Source: Eledone cirrhosa
Lineage: Eukaryota
DNA: 64,000 nt
Assembly (NCBI GenBank): GCA_964016885.1
Contig: OZ024740.1
Location: 359,538,001 to 359,602,000, forward strand
Direction: 5' to 3'
Part shown: piece after piece, positions 1 to 12,574 of the stretch
Layout: every line of letters starts with the position of its first letter
Numbering within the stretch: position 1 is the stretch's first letter
Translations under genes and position numbers: made by a program
Notes under the pieces: generated by a model
Told to the model about the DNA's origin: nothing
The model's database searches: none
Seen by the model: only the letters and a program-made list of their open reading frames with translations

Positions 1-1
1 A

Positions 2-496
2 ACCATAAGTATACCACCAGTACATCAAATTAACCATAATATCTCCTCAAATACAGAATTAACGAAAGGTTGTAACTGTAGAAACAAAGCAAACTGCCCA
101 TTAAAAGGGAATTGTCTTGTTAACAACATAGTCTATAAATGTAATGTTAAAACTAAAGATTCTATTTGCTCATATATAGGAGCTACCTCTAACAATTTTA
201 AGACAAGGTTTAATACCCACAAGCATAGTTTTAAAAATGCCGCACTGGCTAATACAACATCTCTAGCAGAAAAAATCAATAGTTATAAAAATAAGAATAT
301 AGAATATGATTTGACCTGGAGTGTGCTCAAAAGAGCCACCCCTTATCAAAATAATAGAAATGAATGTAGATTATGTTCCCAAGAACTATTTGAAATAATG
401 AAATCTAAGGATATCCTATTAAATAAACGACAGGAATTAATTATATCGTGTAATCATAAACTAAAAAAAACATTTAAATATTATAAACCTAATTAA
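2..496 (+). CDS. 3' end of a Penelope-like element ORF (Cys-rich linker plus GIY-YIG endonuclease), running off the left edge of the window
   Basis: Frame 2 is open from base 2: GCNCRNKANCPLKGNC..IVYKC..SYIGAT..FKTRFNTHKHSF..CRLC..LLNKRQE..CNH. Same architecture as the C-terminus of ORF 5407..6654. Confidence 0.85.
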   Translation, partial: TISIPPVHQINHNISSNTELTKGCNCRNKANCPLKGNCLVNNIVYKCNVKTKDSICSYIGATSNNFKTRFNTHKHSFKNAALANTTSLAEKINSYKNKNIEYDLTWSVLKRATPYQNNRNECRLCSQELFEIMKSKDILLNKRQELIISCNHKLKKTFKYYKPN

Positions 497-1440
497 TAAC
501 ATTATTTTAGAAATTAATTTAATTTAAATGTTAGTTAACCTATAAATTTAATTTAATTAAAATTCTATTACAGATGAGAATATAAAATATTATGTAATCA
601 TAAATTGTGAAAAACCTTTAAATATTACTAATATATACGTAGTAATTTAATTTATAGATTAATTTTAATTTATTTAAACCTTTTATTATAATTCTTTTAC
701 AGATAAAATATAACAAAATATCGTGTATCCAATGACAGAGAAATAATTTTTAGTATTATAGACCTAATTAATATACATTTTAGAAATATATTTATAATTT
801 GGTTTTAATTTTAGTCAACCTAAAAATTTAATTTAATTGGCTTAAAATTAGTATCCTTATACAGACGAATTGCAGAATGTCATGTAATCATAGAATGGGA
901 TGTGTTTTGGATATATACCTAGTTAATATATTCTTTGCAATTTTTGAAAAAAATATGTATATGTATATGTGTATGTGTATGTGTATGTGTGTGTATATGT
1001 GTATATATGTATATATATATGTATATATATGTATATATATATGTGTATGTATATGTATATGTATATGTATTAATTTTGATTTCTATTTGCATATAATTAT
1101 ATTCTGCTATTGATAAAATACAATATCTGTTTTATTTATTATATACCTAATTAACATATACTATAGAAATAAATATATAATTTTTAATTTAGTTAACCTA
1201 TAATTTATATTCTACTACCGATGTAATACTTTATTTGTTTTTTCCCTATTACTAAATTCATTTCCTAATATTGATACCATAACGTTATTAACTTTAATTT
1301 AGTTATAATATAATTAATACTCTACTACTATTTAACTTCAAAATTCTGCTTCAAATATTATAAACCTAACTAATTTACACCTTAGAAATCAATATGTTAA
1401 CTATCTTTAGTTTAGTTAACATATAATTAATGGTATACTT
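481..1440 (+). repeat. Degenerate AT-rich tandem repeats downstream of the PLE stop codon
   Basis: The block TATAAACCTAATTAA..TAGAAAT..TTAGTTAACCTA recurs near 481, 757, 1141 and 1360. Confidence 0.55.
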
Positions 1441-1612
1441 ATTTATTTTGAAATGCATAAATTTTGCCTTATTTCTTGTTTATTGTATTTCCTAACACTG
1501 AAACTATGTAAAAACATACATTGGATCCAGATACGGATAATATTCTATGTTTCTTGAAACATATATTTACTATAATCCCCTTCTCCAACCCCCCCTTTCC
1601 CCCATACTATTA

Positions 1613-1815
1613 TCATCTGTGTTTGTAAGCGTGTATGTATGAATATATATATGTAGGTAGGTGTATATATGTTTGGGTATTTATATCTGAATATAAAAAT
1701 ACATATATGCGCATGCAAATAAGAATGTAAGATTGTGTGTGTGTATATGTATGTGTGTATGTATGTGTATATGTGTATATATGCATGTCTATATATATGT
1801 GTATGTGTATGTGTG

Positions 1816-1860
<45 letters not shown>

Positions 1861-2057
1861 ATGTATGTATGTATATGTGTGTGTGTATATATATGTATGT
1901 CTCTCTATTTATATGTCTATCTTCGTATCTATGTGGATATATGTGTGTGTGTGCATATATACACATATATGTGTTTATGTGTATATGTGTGTATGTGTAT
2001 ATATGTGTGTGTGCACACGCATATATATGTGAGTGTGTATATGGGTGTGTGTATATG

Positions 2058-2094
<37 letters not shown>

Positions 2095-2109
2095 ATATAT
2101 GTCTATATT

Positions 2110-2168
<59 letters not shown>

Positions 2169-2972
2169 TATTTATTATTATAATATAACTTATGTGTATG
2201 TGTGTATATGTGAGGGTGTGTATATGTGTATATATATGTGTATATATATGTGTAAAAAAATATATATGTGCATGTCTGTTTTTTATGTGTGTGTATATAT
2301 ATATATGTGTATATATATGTATATGTGGGTGTTTGTATGTGTATTTATGGTTGTATGTGTGTGTGGGTATATATATATAAGTGTATGTGTATATATATAT
2401 ATATATATATATGTGTATATATATCTCTATTAATGCGTGTATATATGTATATGTATATGCCTTTTTCTTTGTATGTCTGAGTTGGGTGAGGGTGTAGTGG
2501 TGTTTCTATGTATATACGCATATATGGATGCGTATGTATTTGTATATATGAGTATATGTAAGTGCGTATGTATGTATGAATATATATCTAATTCTATGTA
2601 TGAGTATATATGTGTGTATGTATGTTGTGTGTGTATGTATGTATATGTCTATGTGTGTATATATATATGTATGTATGTGTGTGTATGTATCTATGTATGT
2701 GTATGTATGTACATATATGTCTATGTATGTGTGTATGTATATGTATGTATATATATATATATATATGTATATATCTTTATTTTATATATATGTGTGTGTG
2801 TGTATGTGTGTGTGTGTGTGTATATATATCTTTATATATGTTTATGTGTATGTTCGTGTAGGTGTATGTGTGTGTATGACTATATATGTATGTGTGTATG
2901 TGTGTATGTGTATATATATCTATGAGTGTGTACATGTATGTATGTGTATGTATGTGTATGTGTGTATATGTG

Positions 2973-3041
<69 letters not shown>

Positions 3042-3319
3042 GTTTCTCTATTTGTATATGTATATGTGTATAGGTATATACCTTTTTCTTTGTATGTCTG
3101 AGTTGTGTGAGAGTGTAGTGGTGTTTGTATGTATATACCGATATATAGATGCGTAAGTATTTGTCTGTATGTATGTATGTATGTCTGTATGTATTTGTGT
3201 GTATATATAGGTATGTATGTGTATATCTGTATGTATATAAGTATGTAAGTGTATGTATATGTGCGTGTATGTGTGTATATATATGTGTGTCTATATAGTA
3301 TGTGTGATTATATGTGTAT

Positions 3320-3395
<76 letters not shown>

Positions 3396-3543
3396 ATTTA
3401 TATGTATGTGTGTATATGTATGTATGTGTGTATATATATATATGTTTATATATGTGTGTGTATGTATGTTCTAAGTGTGGATGTGTGTATATGTATGTAT
3501 GTGTTTGTATGTGTGTATATATATGTATGTGTGTATATATGTG

Positions 3544-3583
<40 letters not shown>

Positions 3584-4080
3584 CTTGATATATTTCTTTT
3601 TTCTTTTTTCTTTTTCTTTTCTTTCCTTTTTAATGTTTATTTATTATTTATTATTTTTTATTTTCTTAGTTTATAGATACATCTATATTAAGCAGTCTGC
3701 CCAAACCGTTGAATACTGACCTCTCCCCCCCTCCCACCTAATTTCTGTATCTTGATCTAAATGTGTGTGCCAGTGTTTATGTGAGTGAATTAATATCCAT
3801 GTGCTTAGGATTTTATATCCACATATATATATGTGAGTGGGGGTGTGTGTGTGTTTGTATGTTCGTAGTTATGTGTATGTTTATGCATATACGCGCGTGT
3901 ATGTGTGATTGTACGGATATGTGTGAGTATGAGAATATGTGTATACACTTATTTCATATTTATGTGTCTATACGCATCTTATCTGTGCATTATAAACTTA
4001 CAGAGACATTAACCTTGAAATTTTGTATTTGCATCCATCCTTTTGGTATGCGTATACAAGTTGTGCATACATTTTTGTAA
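1613..4080. repeat. Compound (TA)n/(TG)n/(TATG)n microsatellite field with an internal duplication
   Basis: Dinucleotide mosaic. The non-microsatellite block CCTTTTTCTTTGTATGTCTGAGTTG..GTGTAGTGGTGTTT occurs at ~2460 and ~3080. Confidence 0.9.
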
Positions 4081-4210
4081 AATATGTGTAAGGGTAGTTA
4101 CATGTATATACACACACCGAACTGCATTAAACCTTTTGTATTTTCATTGGTCAATTTTGTTCCCAAACGGACCTGAAATTTTGAATTGTTGTTATTATCA
4201 ATAAATATAT

Positions 4211-4364
4211 TTCATTATTTCTGAAGACGGCGTATATATGTGTTGGTATGTATATTTAATCTTGATAGTTTGTATAATTTTGTATAATTTTGTACATAGA
4301 TCTGTTGAATATGCATGCCAATTCTAACACATATATATCCTAGAAACGATCGTTAAATAATGAA
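4211..4364 (+). ncRNA. Type I hammerhead ribozyme motif with ~115-nt stem II
   Basis: Stem I TTCATTATTT/AAATAATGAA (10 bp, perfect), core CTGAAGA, long stem II (TATATATGTGTT../..AACACATATATA), GAAA-C-GATC-G-TT with palindromic stem III. Confidence 0.75.
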
Positions 4365-4557
4365 CTTTTTTTGTTTAATATAAGGAACTGTTTCATTGTT
4401 TATTCATTATTTGTTTAATATTTTATCTTGACTCTGTATACCGTTTATCTTTCACCGAAAGTGATTTTTCATTACATCTCTTCTTTCCATGATATCCGGA
4501 ATACATTGAGTTCTTCATACGGATTGGACACTACCGTAAACTCTTGGTAGATTTATC

Positions 4558-4619
<62 letters not shown>

Positions 4620-4654
4620 CATATATATACATATATATACATATATATATATAC

Positions 4655-4780
<126 letters not shown>

Positions 4781-4801
4781 GTGGTTACAACAGTTAGTTC
4801 A

Positions 4802-4851
4802 CCATACCGAGAACAATTGTTTCACCTTAGCGGATCCTCAGCTCGGAATGG
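4802..4851 (-). ncRNA. Minimal PLE-type hammerhead ribozyme
   Basis: Reverse complement: CCATTCCGAG-CTGAGGA-TCCGCTAAGGT-GAAA-C-AATT-G-TT-CTCGGTATGG. Stem I pairs 9/10; stem III is palindromic. Confidence 0.8.
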
Positions 4852-5008
4852 GCATGGTTATAGGAACAGGAAGGACAACCGTACGAACGCGCATGCGCAG
4901 AAACCCGGTCACTTCACACAGGCAATACTAGAATGCGTGCGAGAGGTGTAAGGGAGATGACTGGGAAAGTCCGAAAAGTTTTTAGTTGAAAAATAGAATT
5001 ACAAAGAA

Positions 5009-5478
5009 TCAGTCCGGAGCCTTGTAGTTATGCAATAGGTGTTTGGCAACGTGTGGACAACGTGTGAAAAATTCATTGCTCGTGTTTAGGCAAACACTAT
5101 TGCGTAATCTCTTTAGAATAGTTATTCGTTCGTCAATACATAAGCCACACGTCGGATTTCCCCTTGCGTATGGCTTGGACTTAGATTTGGCTTTCCATTG
5201 AATGGAGTAGTCTATACTTGAGTCCTTGAGGGACCATACGTGGCTCGCGAGTTTCGTGGATAAACGTCTGTCCGGGTACCTGAAGGTAGCCTGGTGGTTC
5301 AGGAAACGTTCCTTAAATCGGCCCTCCGCCATGCCCACATAGGATTTGAACTCCTGTGGTTCTTTTTGTTGGTTGGAAGTGACCACAGCTTCATAAATTA
5401 CAGCTGGTGTGTTGCATTGCTGTTGAAGGGGGCAAGCTTCAGGTTTACGACAAGAGCACCCTGCTGGGGTGTTGCTCC
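5009..5478 (-). pseudogene. Inverted copy of the PLE GIY-YIG coding region
   Basis: Track ORF 5009..5386 (-) matches the last ~125 aa of 5407..6654 with scattered substitutions. Confidence 0.85.
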
Positions 5479-6654
5479 ATTGGATCGTTTGACAGTGCTG
5501 ACGTATGTGACTTGGTTGGCCTATTTATCTTAGACATATTACGTGTTAGATTCCCGCACTTCCACACGGGAATATACCGCGACGATGGACTGACTTTATC
5601 GAGTCATAAAAGTGGTCACAACCTCGACCGGTTTAAAAAATACTTAGCTTCTACCTTCAATGAGTTAGGCCTTAGGATAAAAGTAGCCACCAACCTCTCT
5701 AGCGTAGATTTCTTAGACATTAATTTAGACCTTCGCACTCACACCCAGAGACCCTTCCATAAGCTAAACGAGAAACTCAATTACATTCACAAGGGCTCAT
5801 GCCACCCTCCCACTGTTTTTAGAAACTTTGTTAAGAATATCAGTACTAGAATCTCAAACCTCTCCTCTAATAAGGCTATCTTTGACAGGGCGGCACCCTA
5901 CTATAACACGGCGTTGGCTAACAGCGGCTTCTCACAACCTATCACTTACTCTCCCACTAGCAACAACACCATTAGAAAAAGTAAGCGCACCAATAGACAA
6001 ACTATTTGGTTCTCTCCTCCCTTCTCACTCAACGTTAAAACTAATGTAGGAAAAAAATTTCTAGCCCTCTTAGATAGACGCTTTCCCATAGGTCATAAAT
6101 ACCGCTCCATCTTTAACCGACACAAAGTTAAACTAGGATACTCCTGCGCTAAGAACATGAAGGCCCACATCACCAGCAGCCCTAGGAGCAACACCCCACC
6201 AGCGTGCTCTTGTCGTAAGCCTGGAGCTTGCCCTCTTCAACAGCAATGCAACGCACCAGCTGTAATCTATGAAGCTGTGGTCACTTCCAACCGACCAAAC
6301 GAACCACAGGAGGTCAAATCCTATGTGGGTATGGCGGAGAGCCAATTTAAGGAACGTTTCCTGAACCACCAGTCTACCTTCAGGTACCCGGACAGACGTT
6401 CATCCACGAAACTCGCGAGCCACGTATGGTCCCTCAAGGACTCAAGTATAGACTACTCCATTCAATGGAAAGCCATCACTAAGTCCAAGCCATACGCAAG
6501 GGGAAATCCGACGTGTGGCTTATGTATTGACGAACGAATAACTATTCTCAAGAGATTACGCAATAGTGATTGCCTAAACACGAGATTTGAATTTTTCACA
6601 CGTTGTCCACACGTTGCCAAACACCTATTGCATAACTACAAGGCCCCGGACTGA
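5479..6654 (+). CDS. PLE reverse transcriptase (C-terminal half) plus GIY-YIG endonuclease, 5'-truncated
   Basis: GSFDSADVCDLVG (motif B'), GIYRDDGL (motif C), VDFLDINLDL, YIHKGSCHPP, IWFSPPFS, CSCRKPGACPLQQQC, VIYEA..SYVG, CGLC, CPH. The track ORF start at 5407 lies inside the inverted arm. Confidence 0.9.
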   Translation: MGSFDSADVCDLVGLFILDILRVRFPHFHTGIYRDDGLTLSSHKSGHNLDRFKKYLASTFNELGLRIKVATNLSSVDFLDINLDLRTHTQRPFHKLNEKLNYIHKGSCHPPTVFRNFVKNISTRISNLSSNKAIFDRAAPYYNTALANSGFSQPITYSPTSNNTIRKSKRTNRQTIWFSPPFSLNVKTNVGKKFLALLDRRFPIGHKYRSIFNRHKVKLGYSCAKNMKAHITSSPRSNTPPACSCRKPGACPLQQQCNAPAVIYEAVVTSNRPNEPQEVKSYVGMAESQFKERFLNHQSTFRYPDRRSSTKLASHVWSLKDSSIDYSIQWKAITKSKPYARGNPTCGLCIDERITILKRLRNSDCLNTRFEFFTRCPHVAKHLLHNYKAPD

Positions 6655-6787
6655 TTCTTTGTAATTTTATTTTTCAACTAAAAACTTTTCGGACTTTCGC
6701 AGTTATCTCCCTTACACCTCTCGCACGCATTCTAGTATTGCCTGTGTGAAGTGACCGGGTTTCTGCGCATGCGCGTTCGTACCATGC

Positions 6788-6837
6788 CCATTCCGAGCTG
6801 AGGATCCGCTAAGGTGAAACAATTGTTCTCAGTATGG
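6788..6837 (+). ncRNA. Minimal PLE-type hammerhead ribozyme (3' pLTR copy)
   Basis: Same motif as 4802..4851 with one extra stem I mismatch (CTCAGTATGG). Confidence 0.78.
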
Positions 6838-6923
6838 TGAACTAATGTAACCACTTCTACCTAACTCGTCCCATTGACTGAGCGTTCTACCACTACGAAT
6901 ATTACCTTCCAGTGTTCCACCAC

Positions 6924-6973
<50 letters not shown>

Positions 6974-6976
<3 letters not shown>

Positions 6977-7404
6977 GATATTAAATAAATGGAAACTATA
7001 TTTATTCTATTATATATATTTCAAGGGTACCAAAACTTTGGTACGCATTCATCAGATAAAATACAAAGTTTGTTTTATAAATTTTGACATAACCAAGTTA
7101 ACGGTTCAAGTTTTCCTTGGATAGTCAAGGAAACCTGTCCAAGGAAAACTTGAACCGTTAAGGTATTTTTCTTGGTTATGTCAAAATTCATAAAACAAAC
7201 TTTGTATTTTATCTGATGAAAGCGTACCAAAGTTTTGGTACCCTTAAAATATATATAATAGAATAAATATGGTTTTATAAATATAGTTTCCATTTATTTA
7301 ATATCATTGAATATTATACTCCAGAAAATCTGTCGAGTGCTCTGAATCAGTTATAAACATTTATATTTGTTGAATTACCAACAAATTGAATATCCCTTTT
7401 ACTT
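6974..7404 (+). mobile_element. Short PLE-type terminal element (inverted arm, forward arm, tail) in (TA)n, HHR-bearing
   Basis: 6974..~7120 is inverted relative to ~7138..7308. HHR in both arms. Second copy at 50943..51380. Confidence 0.75.
7003..7063 (-). ncRNA. Hammerhead ribozyme motif
   Basis: Reverse complement: TATTTTAT-CTGATGA-ATGC-GTACCAAA..TTGGTAC-CCTT-GAAA-T-ATAT-A-TA-ATAGAATA. The forward-arm copy at 7205..7265 has GAAA mutated to AAAA. Confidence 0.7.
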
Positions 7405-7410
7405 ATATAC

Positions 7411-7509
<99 letters not shown>

Positions 7510-10500
7510 GTTTTTAATTACATGGCGTGATTATGAAGAATTGGCTACAATTGTGAACATCCAGCAACATCATATAAACTCCCTGGTTGGCAGCAGTTTG
7601 TTGCTAAGTGCTGTGCATGTTATGTTTTGTTTGTTTTGTTTTGTTTGTTTGTTTTTTTGTCATGCCTCAAAAACTATAATTGTGTTTGATGTTGAAACTA
7701 TTATTTTAAAACGATATAGAATTTGCATTCCCCCCATTTTCCACACTCATTTTTCTTCGTTTTCTTTCTTTTTTTTTTTTTTTGTTATTCATTAATGAAA
7801 TATTTATTTTTTAAAAATCATTTGCAATATATGAAGTTATACAAATATTAAATTGCATGATAGAGAAGAGCTCAAAATCAAGCAATATTTTCCTAAATAT
7901 ATTTTTCCTAAATGTCTCCGTGGCCTACTGACAACTTTGTGACCCATTTCTGGCCCATTTTGTTCATCTTAGGTTTAGCCCAAGAGTCAAATTTTGTTCC
8001 AGCTTTGACAATCTGAGGATATATTATAAATTCGAATTTTGATTTTCCTCCCTTTCCTTTTATATCAATTTTTGAAAATATATAGTTTTATGAATTTCTA
8101 TTCCTCCACAAAACCAAATTTATTACAATACCCATCACAACTTTGAAATATGGTGTTATTGCTGTTGATCAAAACGTTTCCAGTTGTGACTGTAATGTCT
8201 TATATTAAGACAGCCTATCTAGGATTACATTAACTGATGCTTCCTTGCAGTTTTAAGACAATGCGTGTATACTAAAGAAAATTTAGCTGCTGTTTCTAAT
8301 AGATTGAGAGACGACTCAATGGCTCCTACGTTGGATCAAAACATTGGGATTGTCCTGGTAATATTAATGTAATTAGTTTCGAAATACCATTGCTGTGAAA
8401 TATTCATTAGTTTCTCAATAAACATTAATCTTTGTGCGTGCTAGAAAACTCGCAATATAAAAGGAATGAATTAACTTTCACAATATCTAAATAATTTTTT
8501 TTTAAGTGATTTTATCTTGATATTATAGATATGTTTCTTTCATCCGTTCGTGACAAATTCAATAACCTCAAACATTGAGCAGGGATATTTTAAAATATAG
8601 TCAGTCAATAAATTTGGGTCAGTGAACACGTTAGAAAATTCAAAACTAAAATCATATTATCCTCGCAAAGTGAACCAGCCTAATCTAATTTGTTAGTAGT
8701 CGCTCGAAACTTTTTTTCTTCTTGTATCACAGCAAAAAGAAATATTATAGGTTATGAAGCTTTAGACATTATTAAATTTCAGAAAAGGATAATATATGCT
8801 TCCCAACCGAAGTTCATCTTGGCAATGTTGTTTGATATTAAGTGAGACATGATACTACACTGAAGTTAAAATCAAATTTTGATCACCAGAAAGCAAAGTA
8901 TTTCTTTCATGTAAGGCATTCACAAAAAAAATCTAAAGCATTTCTTCTTTCCCGAATGCAATTCCCAAAAGTCTTTCGAAACGCCTTTCATATAATCTCC
9001 ATAATCTCGCATACTAACTTTGTAATATAATCTGAATATTGCAAGAGTGAACTTGTGAAATATCACGCACGTTATAAATTCAATTTACTGCAAAAAATAA
9101 TCAATATATTTTACAAAGTAATGAACGTTAATTAAATGATACAAGTAAGTAGCATTTTGTGATCTTGCGATTACTTGTCCTTTTGGACATGATTGGTGAA
9201 AAACAACCTTTTTTAGCTAACATTATCTATATGTATATCTATTTGTGTGTGTATCCGGAAAATAACATTCTTGCTACCGATAATGTTAATGTCAGGCACA
9301 GGAAATTACGTATCACGCAGTGTTAAATTCAAGCGAGAAATTAAATTGAATCTGTACGAGTTAAAAATACTACCGTAACCAAAATGTTATCTTAACTCTT
9401 TAACAATACATTACCCAATCATCAATAATATATATAATACATTACTTACACAAATACAAATACACATACCACATAATGTACTCACACTGACAATAAAGTA
9501 AGTATCGTACTTCAGTATTAAATAAATAAGCTACAAAATCATATATGTCGTTGCAAGTTCGTAATAATTTCAAAATAATTAATGTATCAGAAAATAGCGT
9601 ATTATCTTCTGAACTATTGGCTGTCTTTAAATACAAATTATTTCTGTCACGAAAGAAGTTTTGACCTTTAATTATACGTGATTCGCTACACGGCACTCTC
9701 CTAGAATAGTGACTATGGAGTATCCGAGAATTGATAAAGAAATGTTTCATTCGAAAATCAGTTCGAGTTCGAGTCTTTTCGAAGATGCTGTTTCAATCAT
9801 GCCTCTGCTTATTACTGATTCATATCACAACTTAGCTTGATTAAGTCGGGGGGGTCACGATTTTGTATAGAATAAACATCATTGTATTAAATTAAATAAA
9901 CTGCAATAGGGGCAGGATCGAGCCAATTGTATGTCAAAATTGTAGTTTTCCCTTTTTTCATACATTTATATACATTGATAGATACGTTTCGAAACAACCG
10001 CGCACACACATACTTACACTAACAGAAAACCACCAGGAGGGTTGTATTTCTCCTAGTTTTACATAAATGCAGATGTGAATTTATTCTGCTGCAGCCACAT
10101 ACTTATTTCTAACTGATTCTATAATAACCTGCATTTCGTCAGAGTTTGACAAAAAATTAGCTTTGAAAAAAACCAGAAGGCAACAAGCAGAAACAATAAA
10201 CGACATGGTATGGTGCACTCCTTGGAAGTCTTGGAATAGTATATGACATATGGCTTCTCATGAAATCAGCTGCAACCTCAGATCTGTTTATTACAGGTAA
10301 ATAGTATGCACTGAGAAAACTCTGGAAAGTGTTTCCACTTCATTCTTTTTACAGCAAAGCGTTGGTTGGGCCTAAATTTACCTTGAATCTTCTTCGATCG
10401 ATCGATTGATAAATATATAGATTTCTTTATTTGCCATAAGGGCGAACAAGAAATCGGACATTACAAGGCATTGAACGGCGGGGTTTTTACATGGAAGCGT

Positions 10501-10699
10501 ATAAATAAATTTAACAATTATAAACAATCGAAATCCCCAAAAGGGAGGAACGTTACTGCGAGGTTGTTTTACACCCTGTATGTTTCTTTATTAGCCACAG
10601 GGGCACAAAAGAAGGGGACAAATACAAAGGGGGAAGTTTACATACAATAAAAACGTGTATAGATAAGTAGGTAGATTGATAGATGAGTCGGTAGATATA

Positions 10700-10975
10700 G
10701 ACGCAGCGTGGCCGAATTTTTCGCTTCACAATCATTAAGACCTGGGTTCGACACCACTACCATTACGTGACATTTTCGGTAAACGTCATTTATCATCTTG
10801 GGTTGATCCATGTTTTGTGAGTGAAATTGAGTAAGCAGAAAATGTTAGGAAGCCTGTAAGATAAATTTTACAATAATTCAAAGGGCCATCTTTGACACAC
10901 ACTGTGTCACGTTGGATTTCCCTGAGAATTATTTGAAGGGTACACGTGTCAATAGAATGCTTAGTAACTTATACC
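10700..10975 (+). mobile_element. Degenerate tRNA-derived SINE
   Basis: B-box-like GGGTTCGACACC. Body GTTGATC..TGTGAGTGAAATT..GAAGCCTG is shared with 11742..11910. Confidence 0.5.
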
Positions 10976-11057
10976 TTAATTTCATGAGCAGGCTTTCATA
11001 GTATATATTTTCATAAACACCCCTATGCATATATAAAATTATATATATGTGTGTGTA

Positions 11058-11195
11058 TCTCGGGTTCAATCGAGGGTAATCACAGTAAGTAAGGTACTCA
11101 ATACATAGCAGAGTACACACTTTTAATATAGAAATGGCTTCTATGGGACTAGAACTGTTTCATTCGAAGGAAATCATCAGGAAAGCCCTGTAAGC
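11058..11195 (-). mobile_element. Short PLE-type 3' terminal fragment with a degenerate HHR
   Basis: Reverse complement has GGCTTTC-CTGATGA-TTTCCTTCGAAT-GAAA..GAAGCC and the bulged hairpin at 11096..11114. A related end lies at ~51735. Confidence 0.5.
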
Positions 11196-11741
11196 TTATC
11201 AGCACAAATAATAAGGAGAGAATTCAATGAAAAAGAGTTGAAATATATGTATATACATATATGTAGGAAATATGATTGCTACTCAGAATTTCACCATACG
11301 TGTAGCAACACACTGGTTAATTTCAGGCTAAATTCCTCTTTTATTTGTTATTCTACCATTCTTTATTATAAGTAACTTATCAATGGGTAGAGCATAGGTT
11401 GCTATTATTTTCCTGGATTGGAAGAACTTTGTACTAATTCCATATACGATATATATTTCAATAAATTTCAAAATATGTTAAGTGAGAGATATGTGATATA
11501 AACTAAGTTAATTATATACGTTTGCAACTCTCCCACACCAAAACTTCTATATAGTTGGTGACTTACTGTACTTACATCCACACACACATATACATCTCAA
11601 ACCACACATATACCATATGTGTGCATATACATATATTCACAAACGTTTTGGTATTTTATATGTAAATACATACATTTATATATGTAATTATCTACATACA
11701 TACACATATGTATATCTCATCAAGCATATATATACATGTAA

Positions 11742-11910
11742 GGTGCACGCTTGGCTGTGTGGTTAAAGAGTTTGCTTCACAACCACGTTGTTTTGAGTTC
11801 AATTCCACTGTGTGGCACCCCTGGATATTCCCTGTATTACTATATTCGTAGGTTGATCAATATCGTGTGAGTGAAATTTTGCTGGCAGAGATTGTGTAGA
11901 AGTCTGGTTT
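11742..11910 (+). mobile_element. tRNA-derived SINE
   Basis: A box TGGCTGTGTGG, B box GAGTTCAATTCC. Confidence 0.6.
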
Positions 11911-11990
11911 ATATATAAATATTAAATAAAGGATCTATATCATGGGGGAAATTAAATCATATATATTTTACGTACGTTTCACTAACAATA

Positions 11991-12174
11991 AATAATTGTT
12001 TCTACTTTTGACACAAGGCCAGCAATTACCCAGTGCATTACTGGTACTTTATTTTATCGACCCCCGTAAGGATGAAAAGCAAAGTTAACCTCGGCGGGAT
12101 TTGAACTCAGAATTGCAAGGGCCGTAACTCTATGCGTCAAAGTATGGCGTCCGACCCTCTACCGATACTGCCAC
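11991..12174 (-). mobile_element. tRNA-derived SINE (dominant young family)
   Basis: Reverse complement: TGGCAGTATCGG (A box)..GAGTTCAAATCC (B box)..TTTCATCCTTACGGGGGTCGATAAAATAAAGTACCAG..GTAGAAACAATTAT. Confidence 0.85.
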
Positions 12175-12377
12175 ATAATGATAAGTGAGAGATATACATA
12201 CATTTCTTTTAAAATGAAGATATCTTCATATTGACATAAAGTTATTGTCAGCTTGTCTGAAATGGAATGAATAGAGTAGAAATAAAATATGATTATTCTC
12301 TATAGAAGAGATAATTATTGGAGTTATATATCTAAAAGTAAAGTACAGATTTAAACATTTTCAACGAATGGTGTTAC

Positions 12378-12552
12378 GGCAGTATCGGTAGAGGGTCGGA
12401 CGCCATGCTTTGATGCATAGAGTTACGGCCCTTGCCATTCTGAGTTCAAATCCCGCCGAGGTTAACTTTGCCTTTCATGGGGTCGATAAAATAAAGTACC
12501 AGGAATACACTGAGTAATTGCTGGCCTTGTGCCAAAAGTAGAAACAATTATT
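12378..12552 (+). mobile_element. tRNA-derived SINE (dominant young family)
   Basis: Near-identical to the other copies; A and B boxes, AAT tail. Confidence 0.85.
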
Positions 12553-12574
12553 AAATCTGTACATACCTTTAGAT

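Noticed and set aside
10143-10303. Possible exon ending in CAG|GTAAAT (also a micro-exon-like stretch at ~27792..27816)
   Set aside because: No recognisable reading frame or partner exons; cannot be supported without transcripts.
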